Shown here piece by piece: positions 1 to 9,134 of a stretch of 64,000 nt of DNA. The notes beneath the pieces were generated by a model. That model had not been told where the DNA came from. It saw only the letters and a list, made by a program, of their open reading frames with translations, and did not search any database. The DNA comes from a virus: positions 32,333 to 96,332 of IMG/VR virus record IMGVR_UViG_3300017989_000082, one strand, 5' to 3'. Each line of letters begins with the position of its first letter. Position 1 is the stretch's first letter. The position numbers were made by a program, and so were the translations under genes.

Positions 1-2
1 TT

Positions 3-317
3 GACTCTACAAGCTTTGCTGTCACTATTCTTGATCCTGATGGTGATGGCAGAGTTGATGGTACGGGCGCTGTTGATTGGTCTATTCAGGAAAAGGGTGT
101 AGGCACTGGCTTCTATACGCTAAGCTTTACTCCTGACCAGCTTGGCGAGTGGATCGCAAATGTTGTCCACGATGATTATTTCCCCTATGGAAAGAGTATG
201 AATTATGAAGTTGTACCGGAAGGGTTTTTCTCTTCCGGTGGTGATTCCACTTCCGATATTGCGGAATTGCTTGACATTTGCGATGACATTGTTATAATGC
301 TCTCAACATTATTATAA
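3..317 (+). CDS. 5'-truncated virion-type protein, Ig-like beta-sandwich
   Basis: Frame is open from the window edge to TAA at 315-317 (DSTSFAVTILDP...GTGFYTLSFTPDQLGEW...LSTLL*). Translated by hand; not in the ORF track. Confidence 0.6.
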   Translation, partial: DSTSFAVTILDPDGDGRVDGTGAVDWSIQEKGVGTGFYTLSFTPDQLGEWIANVVHDDYFPYGKSMNYEVVPEGFFSSGGDSTSDIAELLDICDDIVIMLSTLL

Positions 318-329
318 GGAGGTTTTGCC

Positions 330-800
330 ATGATCACGGCCACCGTAATCCATCACGTTTCAGATAATTATATGGCAGAGATTAGCCGAGTGATACAGGC
401 ATACACATTTAACCCAAGCGTTGATGCCACCGGCGAGAGTTCGGAGCTTGTCAGATTTGAAATTTCAAACCTTAAAACATCGGTTACGGATGAAGATCGT
501 GATTATGCTGGAAATGCAGATGTTATGAAATTTCTCAAAATCTCTTTGTCATGTAATTCTGAAGATTTCGATTTCAGCATTCTCAACCGCGGCGACATGA
601 CATGCCTTGATACTATCAACGAAATTATTGCCTATGAGGGCGAGGTATTGTCAATGTCAGATAGCTGGCTAATGGACCTCGTTGTGAGAAACGCTGACGA
701 CATCCCTGATAATATGTTTTATGCCTGGTTTAGGAATAATGATGCCGTCAACCCCATTGGCGATGTCACAATGGAAATCGCGTTTGAAACCGTTGATTAA
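330..800 (+). CDS. hypothetical phage protein, acidic
   Basis: AAGGAGG RBS, 156 aa, no recognisable motif. Confidence 0.6.
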   Translation: MITATVIHHVSDNYMAEISRVIQAYTFNPSVDATGESSELVRFEISNLKTSVTDEDRDYAGNADVMKFLKISLSCNSEDFDFSILNRGDMTCLDTINEIIAYEGEVLSMSDSWLMDLVVRNADDIPDNMFYAWFRNNDAVNPIGDVTMEIAFETVD

Positions 801-814
801 TATGGAGGTATATC

Positions 815-1123
815 ATGGCAAGAGTTAAGCCGGTCAATTATTTTGGAAGCGGTGGCGGCGGTTCTTATGCTCCGCTGAACCACAATCATGACTCAAGATA
901 TGCCCTCATTTTTCATTCCACAGGGCATGCAAATGGTGGGAGTGACCCCTTAAAGCTTGATGCTCTTGCTGTGCCAGATGACAGTACGAATCTTGATGTA
1001 TCTGTGTCGGCGCATGGTTTGATGCCGAAGCTTACCGGAGAAACGGATAAATTTTTTCGCGGGGATGGCTCTTGGTCTGAAGCTACCATTCCTGATAATT
1101 TAGATATGGGTTCTTTTGTATGA
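815..1123 (+). CDS. small fibre-like protein with HxH motif and C-terminal DMGSFV
   Basis: GGAGG RBS. Contains HNHDSRY and the phage fibre repeat AHGLMP...KFFRGDGSW. Confidence 0.6.
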   Translation: MARVKPVNYFGSGGGGSYAPLNHNHDSRYALIFHSTGHANGGSDPLKLDALAVPDDSTNLDVSVSAHGLMPKLTGETDKFFRGDGSWSEATIPDNLDMGSFV

Positions 1124-1164
1124 GTTTTTATTAACTTATTAATCTTCAATAGGGGGTTAAAATT

Positions 1165-2421
1165 ATGCCGGTTTTTCAAGTAAAAAGAGGTACAAAGGCG
1201 GAGCTCAATGGCATTACTTTGGCGGCTGGTGAGTTGGGTTTCACCACAGACACCAAGGAGGTTTACATTGGTGACGGAGCCAGCAATAACCTGATTGGCT
1301 CTGTCAAGGTTGATGTTGTCGCCAATAAGCCCGCGGCTGGCGTTGCCGGGAGAATTTTTCACCAAACAGACGGCGATGATGCCGGGGATACATTTCTTGA
1401 TGATGGGGCACAGTGGGTTAAAATTGGCGTTTCCAACATTGGAGACCTCAGTGGAGACCTGGACGATATTGATGATGGCACCAGCTATCAGCGGGTTGCG
1501 GCTTCCGAGGTTGATGAAAGCGGCTATGTCACGCAGGTAAATGATGGGGCAAATGTGGCCACGGCATCTGATGTACGGGGGCATCTTGATGATGACTCAA
1601 TCCATCAAGAGCATCCGGCCTCAAGTGCTGTTGGCAACATTGCCACCTTTGCCGATACTACCGGCGGCCTTGATGATTCTGGTGTAAAGGTCAGCGATGC
1701 TGGCAGCAGCTCAACGGATCTCTGGTCGGCACAGAAAATCCAGAACACCATTGACCTCGCAATTGCGGGGCTTGATATCCAGGCGGATGTGCTTGATATT
1801 CAGGTGGATGATACCCTTGATCCTGGTGGTTCCCCGGATACCGGTGCCCGCTACATCATGACGGACTCAACAAATGCCCATGCCAATTTTGGCTCAATTG
1901 ATGGGCTTGAGGGTAATGACATTGTTGAATATGATGGCGATTCTTTTGAGGTTGCCTACGATGTCTCTGAGGAGGGGGAAGGCGCACTTTGCTGGGACCG
2001 TGATAGCGGCACATGGCAACGGTGGGATGGTTCCTCCTGGGATGAATTTGGTGGCTTGGCCGGAATAACGGCTGGCAACGGCCTGACCAAAGATGGCAGT
2101 ATTCTTCACGTCGGGGCAGGGGACGGCGTTGATGTTGATTCCGATGATATTGCCGTTGATGTTACCGATTTCATTGATACCGACTATGGTCTTGAGGAAA
2201 ATTCAAATGACATTCGCATTAACCTTGAAGCGGATGGCGGTTTGCAGTTTGATGGCTCCAATCATGGCATTGAAATCAAAGCGGATACCAGCACTGGCGA
2301 TACCATTGCCCCCTTGGCAGTGGGCGCTGACGGGGCCGGGGTTGAAGTGGACAACAGCACCATTAAGCATTCCAATGGTGTGCTTGAGGTTGGCGATATT
2401 GACGGCGGCTCCTTCGTTTAG
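1165..2421 (+). CDS. fibre protein with Mtd_N-like N-terminus
   Basis: Begins FQVKRGTKAELNGITLAAGELGFTTDTKEVYIGDG. Has AGNGL/AGDGV shaft repeats, is very Asp/Gly-rich and ends IDGGSFV. Confidence 0.75.
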   Translation: MPVFQVKRGTKAELNGITLAAGELGFTTDTKEVYIGDGASNNLIGSVKVDVVANKPAAGVAGRIFHQTDGDDAGDTFLDDGAQWVKIGVSNIGDLSGDLDDIDDGTSYQRVAASEVDESGYVTQVNDGANVATASDVRGHLDDDSIHQEHPASSAVGNIATFADTTGGLDDSGVKVSDAGSSSTDLWSAQKIQNTIDLAIAGLDIQADVLDIQVDDTLDPGGSPDTGARYIMTDSTNAHANFGSIDGLEGNDIVEYDGDSFEVAYDVSEEGEGALCWDRDSGTWQRWDGSSWDEFGGLAGITAGNGLTKDGSILHVGAGDGVDVDSDDIAVDVTDFIDTDYGLEENSNDIRINLEADGGLQFDGSNHGIEIKADTSTGDTIAPLAVGADGAGVEVDNSTIKHSNGVLEVGDIDGGSFV

Positions 2422-2441
2422 TTTTTCGGGGGTTTAATAAT

Positions 2442-2488
2442 CCTTAGCGGGGTTTAAATATTTAGCCCCGCTAGGGCCAACCCTTTTT
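2442..2488 (+). terminator. intergenic hairpin, possible terminator
   Basis: CCTTAGCGGGG (2442-2452) pairs with CCCCGCTAGGG (2466-2476); a T-run follows about 8 nt later. Confidence 0.55.
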
Positions 2489-2499
2489 GGAAGGATAAT

Positions 2500-5223
2500 G
2501 TGATGTCTAACACAATACAGTTGAGAAGAGGGACAGAGTCAGAGCTTGGAGGGATTACCCTAGCTGCCGGGGAGGCTGGTTTCACCACAGATACAAAAGA
2601 GATTTTTGTTGGTGACGGCGCAAACCATCACGTTATCGGCTCTGTGAAGGTGGGGGCATTGGCCAGCAGGCCCGCGGCTGGTGCTGCCGGGAGAATTTTT
2701 CATGTTAATTCCGGCGATAGTACTGGCAACACATATATTGACGACGGTGTTGCTTGGCAAACTGTTTTTGATGCGGCTCACAGCCATGATATTATCTCCG
2801 AGGGCGATACCAGCGTAGAGATAGTAGATACTGGCAGTGGTGGCGCAATTAAGTTTAAAGCGGATAATACTCAGTGGGGAACCATTGATGCTAGCGGGGT
2901 CAGGTTTGGAAACAACCCATTGGCTCCTGTATTTGGAAACCTCCAGCTTGTTATTGATGGAGCCCATGCCCCCTTGGCCGCTATTGGGTATAGCGATGCA
3001 TTTTATGCCTCTGGAATGTTAAGTCTTGGCCACATCAGGGGGAGTATTGATTCCCCCGACCCTATTCAGAATGACGATTACATTGGAATGATAAGCTTTG
3101 GTGCCTTTGATGGGGCCACGCTTCCATCTGGCATAACCATGATTGGGTATGCAACGGAAGACTGGGACAGCGAATCTCATGGCTCAGAACTTATTATTTC
3201 CTCAACCCCTAATGGCTCGCCAACTGCCGTTGCAGCTCTCGGTATTGGCGGGAATGGAAAGGTTGTTGTTGGCGATTCAACTTTTGGGGATGAAAAGCTT
3301 CGTGTGTCCGGGGCTGTTCAGCTTGGTGCTGCTGATAGCACTAACGATGGCACCATACAGTGGACTGGAAGTGCCCTCCAGTATTATGACGGCGAGTGGA
3401 AGACATTTGAAAACACCGACCACGATCATGACTCTGATTATGCTGCATCAGATCACATACACTCTAACTATGCTGTTTCTGGCGACGAGGGAGAAATTCA
3501 GTTTAGCGATGGCAGCTCCGCGCATGCTTCGAGTTCAAAGCTTTATTGGGATACAACTAATGAGGATCTCCATGTTGATGGGGATATTTATGCTGACGGC
3601 TTTAGCTCTAACTCGCCATTTATCATAAAGGAAAATGGCACCGAGGTTGCCCGTTTTAGTGGTGGCAAGCTCGGAGTTGGTATTGACCCTGTTTATAATT
3701 TTCATCTTGATTATGATGGACAGGCCGCGGCAGCTATTGTTGGCCATGATGATGGGAGTTATAATCATGCCTACATGGCTGTTGGCAGAAGCAAGGGCAC
3801 AGCGGAAGAACCTTCCGAAATTGAAGTTGACAACACGATTGGGGCATATATAATCTCCGGCTATCATAGCGTGGCCGGGTATGTTGCCTCTGCTGGTATG
3901 TACTCGCAAGCAACTGAGAGCTGGAACGGTAGCGGCGTTGGTACAAAGCTTATGATATGTGTAACGCCGAATGCTGGGGCGGGAGCCCCTTTCAGTGCGG
4001 CGTTAACGCTTGAGAATGATTATCGGGCAACTTTTACGAGCAGCATTAAGCCGGGTAATTATGATGGCACAAATGTTTCTGGCGGCATGATTCGCTGGAC
4101 TGGAAGTGCCCTCCAGTATTATGACGGCGAGTGGAATACTTTCGAGAATACTTTCCATAATCATGACTCTGATTATGCCACAGCGGATCATACCCATGCC
4201 GGGGTCTATGCAGACAGCACCCATACGCATGATGAAATCTCAGAAGGCAACTCGAAGGTGCAGGTTGTTGATTCAGCCGAAATAACATATGGCCGAATCA
4301 GCTTTACCGTTAATGATACTTGGGCAGGTTTTATTTCTTCTACGGTTACAGATCCATGCATGATTATTACCGATAATCCGAGCGCAGTGGCACTCCATAT
4401 GCAATATGGGCCGGTCTATGGGCATATATCGGCGGTCAAAGAATCCGCTGCAATGCTCGGGGCTTTTTCATACAGTGACACCGCCACTGATTGCGGAACA
4501 TTGTATTTATTCCATGCTGGAAATGCAATCAATGGCCCAAGCTACACTGCCGACGGGCATTCATTGGGCGAGGTTGTATATGCTGGCTTTGATAATGGTC
4601 AGGGGCGTCTAACAGGTGTTCTCCGCATGAGGGCCACAGAAAGTTACAGCGGCGATGGGCGTGGCTCTGAGTTTGATATTCGCCATGTAAAAACTGGCGA
4701 AGTTTCTTATACCACGGCTTTTGCCATTGGTGGAGACTCAAAGGTTACCCTTGAGCAAGGCACAGGTATTAACAAGTTTTCAACAACCCTTCTGAGTACA
4801 AGCGATGACGAGGCCCCAACCTCAAAGGCAGTTGCAACATTTTGTAATACCAATTATGCCGATGCCACTCATAATCACGATTCTGATTACGCCGCTATAG
4901 GTCATGTCCATACTGGCAATATTAATCAAACAGCCGGGGACAGTACGAATTATCTCAGTGATATGCTTAACCTCGGCGTGAGTGAAGAGTCTGAGGCAAA
5001 AGATCTTGTCAAGCTTTTGCTGAACGGAAATATAGAGTTTTATAACTCGACACCAATGATATATTTTAGCAACGAAGGAACACGCTTAGTTCAAACCGGA
5101 GGCTATTTAAACTTCCAAAAGTGGACAGGCTCCGAATACGAGACTGTATTTTATATCAATCATATTGGAAACGATTCTACAAATTGGGAAATTGGTGGCC
5201 CAGCAGTCGTGAACGTTCTGTAA
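2500..5223 (+). CDS. long fibre / receptor-binding protein with Mtd_N-like N-terminus, three repeated knob modules and HxH motifs
   Basis: Begins IQLRRGTESELGGITLAAGEAGFTTDTKEIFVGDG. Three ATE[D/S][W/Y]...G[S/T] modules and many HxH motifs. Starts at GTG 2500 or ATG 2503. Confidence 0.8.
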   Translation: MMSNTIQLRRGTESELGGITLAAGEAGFTTDTKEIFVGDGANHHVIGSVKVGALASRPAAGAAGRIFHVNSGDSTGNTYIDDGVAWQTVFDAAHSHDIISEGDTSVEIVDTGSGGAIKFKADNTQWGTIDASGVRFGNNPLAPVFGNLQLVIDGAHAPLAAIGYSDAFYASGMLSLGHIRGSIDSPDPIQNDDYIGMISFGAFDGATLPSGITMIGYATEDWDSESHGSELIISSTPNGSPTAVAALGIGGNGKVVVGDSTFGDEKLRVSGAVQLGAADSTNDGTIQWTGSALQYYDGEWKTFENTDHDHDSDYAASDHIHSNYAVSGDEGEIQFSDGSSAHASSSKLYWDTTNEDLHVDGDIYADGFSSNSPFIIKENGTEVARFSGGKLGVGIDPVYNFHLDYDGQAAAAIVGHDDGSYNHAYMAVGRSKGTAEEPSEIEVDNTIGAYIISGYHSVAGYVASAGMYSQATESWNGSGVGTKLMICVTPNAGAGAPFSAALTLENDYRATFTSSIKPGNYDGTNVSGGMIRWTGSALQYYDGEWNTFENTFHNHDSDYATADHTHAGVYADSTHTHDEISEGNSKVQVVDSAEITYGRISFTVNDTWAGFISSTVTDPCMIITDNPSAVALHMQYGPVYGHISAVKESAAMLGAFSYSDTATDCGTLYLFHAGNAINGPSYTADGHSLGEVVYAGFDNGQGRLTGVLRMRATESYSGDGRGSEFDIRHVKTGEVSYTTAFAIGGDSKVTLEQGTGINKFSTTLLSTSDDEAPTSKAVATFCNTNYADATHNHDSDYAAIGHVHTGNINQTAGDSTNYLSDMLNLGVSEESEAKDLVKLLLNGNIEFYNSTPMIYFSNEGTRLVQTGGYLNFQKWTGSEYETVFYINHIGNDSTNWEIGGPAVVNVL
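3361..4178 (+). repeat. intragenic direct repeat, offset 735 bp
   Basis: 41 bp identical at 3361-3401 and 4096-4136, plus 19 bp identical at 3425-3443 and 4160-4178. Confidence 0.95.
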
Positions 5224-5266
5224 TAGGTGTTGTAAAATTTTAATTTGGTAAGGAGGTAACTTTGGT

Positions 5267-5806
5267 ATGACACAGAAATTTACAGTAAAAGAGACAACGT
5301 TGAAGATGAGAAGGGTAAGTGAAATCAGCGCCGCCCTTCGGGCCTTCAAAGACATGCCGGTCCTAAAGGACAACAACTACCTTAAGTTTAAGATCGCAAG
5401 AAATAGGATCTACATTAGGGACGAGTTGATGGCCCTTGAGGAGTATAATAAGACCCCTTCCGGCATTAAAGATTATGATTCTGAATATGCTATTTTGTGT
5501 CGAAAATTCTGTGATAAGGATGAAAACGGGAAGCCTATTGTTGACGAAAAAGGAAATTTCTCCATTGTTGGCAATTTAGTAGAGTTTTCCGATGAACAGA
5601 AAGTGCTTCGCAAAAAACACAAGGAAGCTCTTGATGAACTTGAAGAGAACAAGAGGTGCTTCAATGAGCTACTTGATAGCGAGGTAACGATTTTATACAT
5701 TCCGCTGCCGTATGATGATTTGCCAGAAGATGCAAGCACGGAGCAAATCGAAGCCATTATGCCGATTATTGATGGCATTGAGGTTATTGAGCCAGATAAA
5801 AAATAA
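5267..5806 (+). CDS. fibre-associated helical protein (DUF1617-like, putative chaperone)
   Basis: Lies directly after the fibre gene. FKIARN...KDENGK...FNELLDSEV pattern; AAGGAGG RBS. Confidence 0.5.
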   Translation: MTQKFTVKETTLKMRRVSEISAALRAFKDMPVLKDNNYLKFKIARNRIYIRDELMALEEYNKTPSGIKDYDSEYAILCRKFCDKDENGKPIVDEKGNFSIVGNLVEFSDEQKVLRKKHKEALDELEENKRCFNELLDSEVTILYIPLPYDDLPEDASTEQIEAIMPIIDGIEVIEPDKK

Positions 5807-5824
5807 GAACATAGGAGGTGCAAT

Positions 5825-6343
5825 ATGCCAGACCCCAATGTCATTTCCCCGGACACATTAGCGGAAATAGTCCGCGCGGTTCGTTCAACCGGCGGCGTTT
5901 CGTCTGGGGCGTATAGCAGTGTATTTGGGGCGGCTGGTGCTTTTGTTGGTACAATTTCCTATTTTGCTTTTCGTGGAGCAAAGAGTTGGTATGTCGAAAA
6001 GAGAAATGGGAATGGTGGGAGCAGCGGGGGCAGTGGGGGTGTTACCAGCCATCAGCAAGGTAGCACATCAAACCCAAACGGCTGCTTATCTCTTTTCGAT
6101 GCCATTGGGCGCTTTGTTCAGCAAGATCATTGTAAGACTTACCATAAACAACTTTCGGAAAACCAAGAGTTAAAGCATCAAGCCCAAATGAAGGCTACAA
6201 ATGATGTTGGGGATAAAGTTGAGCGTATTGCCATTGCGATTTCTGGCGAAATGGATAATATGAAAGAAGAAATTAAATCAACCAAATCTGAAATAGTCAT
6301 TTTGGCCAAGGCTATTGACAATGGGAATGGGGTAAAAAGATAA
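5825..6343 (+). CDS. single-TM membrane protein with coiled coil, holin-like
   Basis: Hydrophobic VFGAAGAFVGTISYFAF segment. TAATG overlap with the peptidase gene. Confidence 0.45.
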   Translation: MPDPNVISPDTLAEIVRAVRSTGGVSSGAYSSVFGAAGAFVGTISYFAFRGAKSWYVEKRNGNGGSSGGSGGVTSHQQGSTSNPNGCLSLFDAIGRFVQQDHCKTYHKQLSENQELKHQAQMKATNDVGDKVERIAIAISGEMDNMKEEIKSTKSEIVILAKAIDNGNGVKR

Positions 6344-6810
6344 TGATTGCATTAACAGATGCCCAGCAAGGTGATTTGCGCGGCGCAATGTTGCAATACG
6401 CCATTCAGTTTCTTGGTAAATTTTATAAATGGGGCGGGGATGACCCTAGCGGTTTTGACTGTAGCGGCTTTGTCATTGAGCTAATAAAGGCTGTTGGTGC
6501 CCTTCCCCGCAGGGCCGATTATACCGCTGACGGTTTAATGAACCTCATGATTGGCTGCAAGGTGAATAACCCTTCCCTCGGTTGCCTTGTGTTTTACGTT
6601 AACGACAATGGCCGAGCATACCATGTTGAGTTTTGCGCTACTGAATTGCTTTCCATTGGTGCCAGTGGTGGCGGCAGTAATACCCGCACTATTCAGGATG
6701 CCATCAACCAGAACGCATTCATAAAAGTTCGCCCCATTAAAAGGGGAGGTGCTAAAATGGTGTTTGTGGATGTTATTAAATATTTAGTTGACAAACAAAA
6801 TTACCTGTGA
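6343..6810 (+). CDS. NlpC/P60 (C40) cell-wall peptidase, probable endolysin
   Basis: YKWGG...GFDCSGFV carries the catalytic Cys and YHV the catalytic His. Confidence 0.9.
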   Translation: MIALTDAQQGDLRGAMLQYAIQFLGKFYKWGGDDPSGFDCSGFVIELIKAVGALPRRADYTADGLMNLMIGCKVNNPSLGCLVFYVNDNGRAYHVEFCATELLSIGASGGGSNTRTIQDAINQNAFIKVRPIKRGGAKMVFVDVIKYLVDKQNYL

Positions 6811-6853
6811 TAGATCAGTAACAGACAGGATTTAATACTGTTAAGGAGTTGCA

Positions 6854-8524
6854 ATGCCGAAAGAGTGGACTGACTGTGTGGCGAGCTTGATCAAAAGCGG
6901 AACCCCTAAGGATTCCGCTTACGCTATTTGTACGGCCCAGTATAAAAAGAAGCACGGCAAACCGCCACAGCGCCATGAAGAACTTTCAGTGGAGGAGAAG
7001 GCGCTCCTTGATGATTTCCTTGATAGGGAGGAAGAAATAATGGGAAAAGATATACAGAAGTATGATCGAAAATTCAAGATGCCATCAAGAGCCCTTTCAA
7101 CCTGCGTTACCCTTCCTGTCAAACTCGCCGAAGACGACTTTGAAAAAGAGAAAACCGTAAAGATTCAAATTATGCGGGAAGGCAAATGGGAACACCCGAT
7201 GTATGGGAAGTTGGAATTTAACCAAAAGAAGTTTCGCAAATTTATCCGAAATTTTAACCTGAACATCCCACAAGAGCATATCGCTTATGATTTCAAGCAC
7301 CGGCCGGACTGGGGGGCTGCGGCTTGGGTCAAGAAGTTTCATTCGAGTGGAGACAAATTCTTTGCAACCGTGGAGCTTACGCCACGAGGATATAAGAGTT
7401 TAAAGGAAAGGGAGTTTATTTATTTTTCAACCGAATTCACTGACGAGTATCAAGATTACGAAACTGGTACGAAACACGGCCCTTGTATTTTGGGCGGTGG
7501 CCTGACAAACAGACCCTTCATTAAAGACATGGACCCCGTACTTCTTTCAGAGGATGGAACGGAACAGGAATTCTCACCTTTGAGTGAGGACCGAAAGGAG
7601 GTTTCAGATCCAATGTTAAAAGAACTCATGAAAAAGTTGCAAGCCCTTGGCGAGAGCCTGAAGAAGCTTTCAGAGGGCGATGTGACAAAGGAAGACCTGA
7701 CCGCGGCGACAGACAGCTTCAACGAGGTTGAGCAGGAATTTGCGGCAATCAAGCCCGAAGACCTGAAGGCCGAAGAGAACAGCGATGCCGCTGAGAAGCT
7801 GGAAGCGCTTGGCGAAAGCGTCAAGAAGCTTGGCGAGCAGATCAGCGAAGTCAAAGATGCTGAGAGCATTGCCGGTGTCGAAAAGTACCTCAAGAAGCTG
7901 GAAGGTCGCTTCGAGAAACTGGAGCTCAAGGAAAAGACCGACGGTGACAACAAACCCCTCTCAGAAGAGAACGAGGCCCTGAAGGCCACGAACGCCAAGC
8001 TTTCCGAGGATGTTGAGAAGTTGAACGGCTCCGTGAAGGAGCTTGGCGAGAGCATCAAGGCCCTCCAGAAAAAAAACGAGGCCAATGACAAGCGGATTTA
8101 TGAGGGCAGTATCGAAGCCTTCAAGAAGGAGCTTTCCGCCGATGGTCTCTGGCCCAGCGTCGTCGAAGAGTGTTCCGCTGTCCTTCACGCCTATGAGGGC
8201 CGTGGCACCACCGTCGTTACCCTCTCCGAAGATGTTACCACCGGCGAGGGCGACGAGAAGAAGACCGAAAAGGTCGAAAGCAAACTCAGTCTCCAGGATA
8301 TCATTCGCCGAATTCTCTCCGCGATTCCCGAGGAAGGGCGTGTGAACCTGAGCGAGAACACCAAGGGCGCTGGCGGCGAAAAGCCGGGCGAGAACAAAAT
8401 GCTTTCCGTTGAGGAAATCGAAGGCATCGCCAAGGAAAGAGAAAAATCCTATGGTGAAACGCTGGTTGAGCTCTCAATGGATCCGAAGTACAAGGACCGC
8501 ATTGATCTTGGCGGCAATGTTTAG
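6854..8524 (+). CDS. Mu gpI-like prohead protease fused to scaffold
   Basis: YDFKH, AAAWV, VELTPRG, FIYFSTEF and GLTNRPF motifs, followed by a long coiled coil. Confidence 0.9.
   Translation: MPKEWTDCVASLIKSGTPKDSAYAICTAQYKKKHGKPPQRHEELSVEEKALLDDFLDREEEIMGKDIQKYDRKFKMPSRALSTCVTLPVKLAEDDFEKEKTVKIQIMREGKWEHPMYGKLEFNQKKFRKFIRNFNLNIPQEHIAYDFKHRPDWGAAAWVKKFHSSGDKFFATVELTPRGYKSLKEREFIYFSTEFTDEYQDYETGTKHGPCILGGGLTNRPFIKDMDPVLLSEDGTEQEFSPLSEDRKEVSDPMLKELMKKLQALGESLKKLSEGDVTKEDLTAATDSFNEVEQEFAAIKPEDLKAEENSDAAEKLEALGESVKKLGEQISEVKDAESIAGVEKYLKKLEGRFEKLELKEKTDGDNKPLSEENEALKATNAKLSEDVEKLNGSVKELGESIKALQKKNEANDKRIYEGSIEAFKKELSADGLWPSVVEECSAVLHAYEGRGTTVVTLSEDVTTGEGDEKKTEKVESKLSLQDIIRRILSAIPEEGRVNLSENTKGAGGEKPGENKMLSVEEIEGIAKEREKSYGETLVELSMDPKYKDRIDLGGNV
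7613..8524 (+). CDS. internal-start scaffolding protein (Mu gpZ-like)
   Basis: AAGGAGGT at 7595-7602 precedes an in-frame ATG at 7613, where the coiled coil begins. Confidence 0.75.
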   Translation: MLKELMKKLQALGESLKKLSEGDVTKEDLTAATDSFNEVEQEFAAIKPEDLKAEENSDAAEKLEALGESVKKLGEQISEVKDAESIAGVEKYLKKLEGRFEKLELKEKTDGDNKPLSEENEALKATNAKLSEDVEKLNGSVKELGESIKALQKKNEANDKRIYEGSIEAFKKELSADGLWPSVVEECSAVLHAYEGRGTTVVTLSEDVTTGEGDEKKTEKVESKLSLQDIIRRILSAIPEEGRVNLSENTKGAGGEKPGENKMLSVEEIEGIAKEREKSYGETLVELSMDPKYKDRIDLGGNV

Positions 8525-8621
8525 CTAACCTCCTCTGACGCGCACATGGTAAGGGTAACGATCAACAGGCAGGGCTAAACACGGTAAACTCTTAATACGA
8601 ATGAAGGAGGTATAATATAAA

Positions 8622-9053
8622 ATGGCTGACCAAACCGACAACAGATACACATGGGGGAATCAGGTTGATGGTTTTCTCCACACCTTCACCGCGGAGGGTG
8701 CCATCTCCAACAACCAGATCCTGGAATTAGGTACTGCGGGGCGGCAGGCAAAACCCCATACCACCACGCAGACTGTCGCCATCCTGGGTGTTGCCCATTC
8801 CGATGCCGCCGATGGTGAAGAAATCACGGTCGTGTGCAATGCGCCCATCCGGAAAGTTATTTCCGACGGCAACATTACCCGTGGGGAAGTGGTGATTCCG
8901 TCCGCCGCCACGGCTGGCCAGTGTGCCAGTCAGGCGTTTGCTGACGGTGAAACCCTTTATGGCGCGCTGGGTATTGCGCTTGAAACGGGCGATGAGGCAG
9001 GCGAACTGGTTCCGGTGCTGTGTTCCATGCCGGGTATCATTTCAAACGCTTAG
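8622..9053 (+). CDS. capsid decoration/cement protein (DUF2190-like)
   Basis: FTAEGAI...ILGVA...GIALE...GELVPV; lies between the scaffold and capsid genes. Confidence 0.75.
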   Translation: MADQTDNRYTWGNQVDGFLHTFTAEGAISNNQILELGTAGRQAKPHTTTQTVAILGVAHSDAADGEEITVVCNAPIRKVISDGNITRGEVVIPSAATAGQCASQAFADGETLYGALGIALETGDEAGELVPVLCSMPGIISNA

Positions 9054-9134
9054 AGTCCATCCTGGTGCCCTCTGAGGGGCATTTTGATATGGTTTTAAGC
9101 ATAACCTTGTAACTTTCCGAAGGAGGTTAATTAA

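Noticed and set aside
3361-4200. Diversity-generating retroelement TR/VR pair, suggested by the repeat and Mtd_N-like domains
   Set aside because: Both copies are in-frame coding linkers, mismatches are not adenine-specific, and no reverse transcriptase is in the window.
6788-6816. sigma70 promoter before the protease gene
   Set aside because: TTGACA is perfect, but the -10 at 17 bp (TAGATC) lacks the conserved last T; too weak to call.
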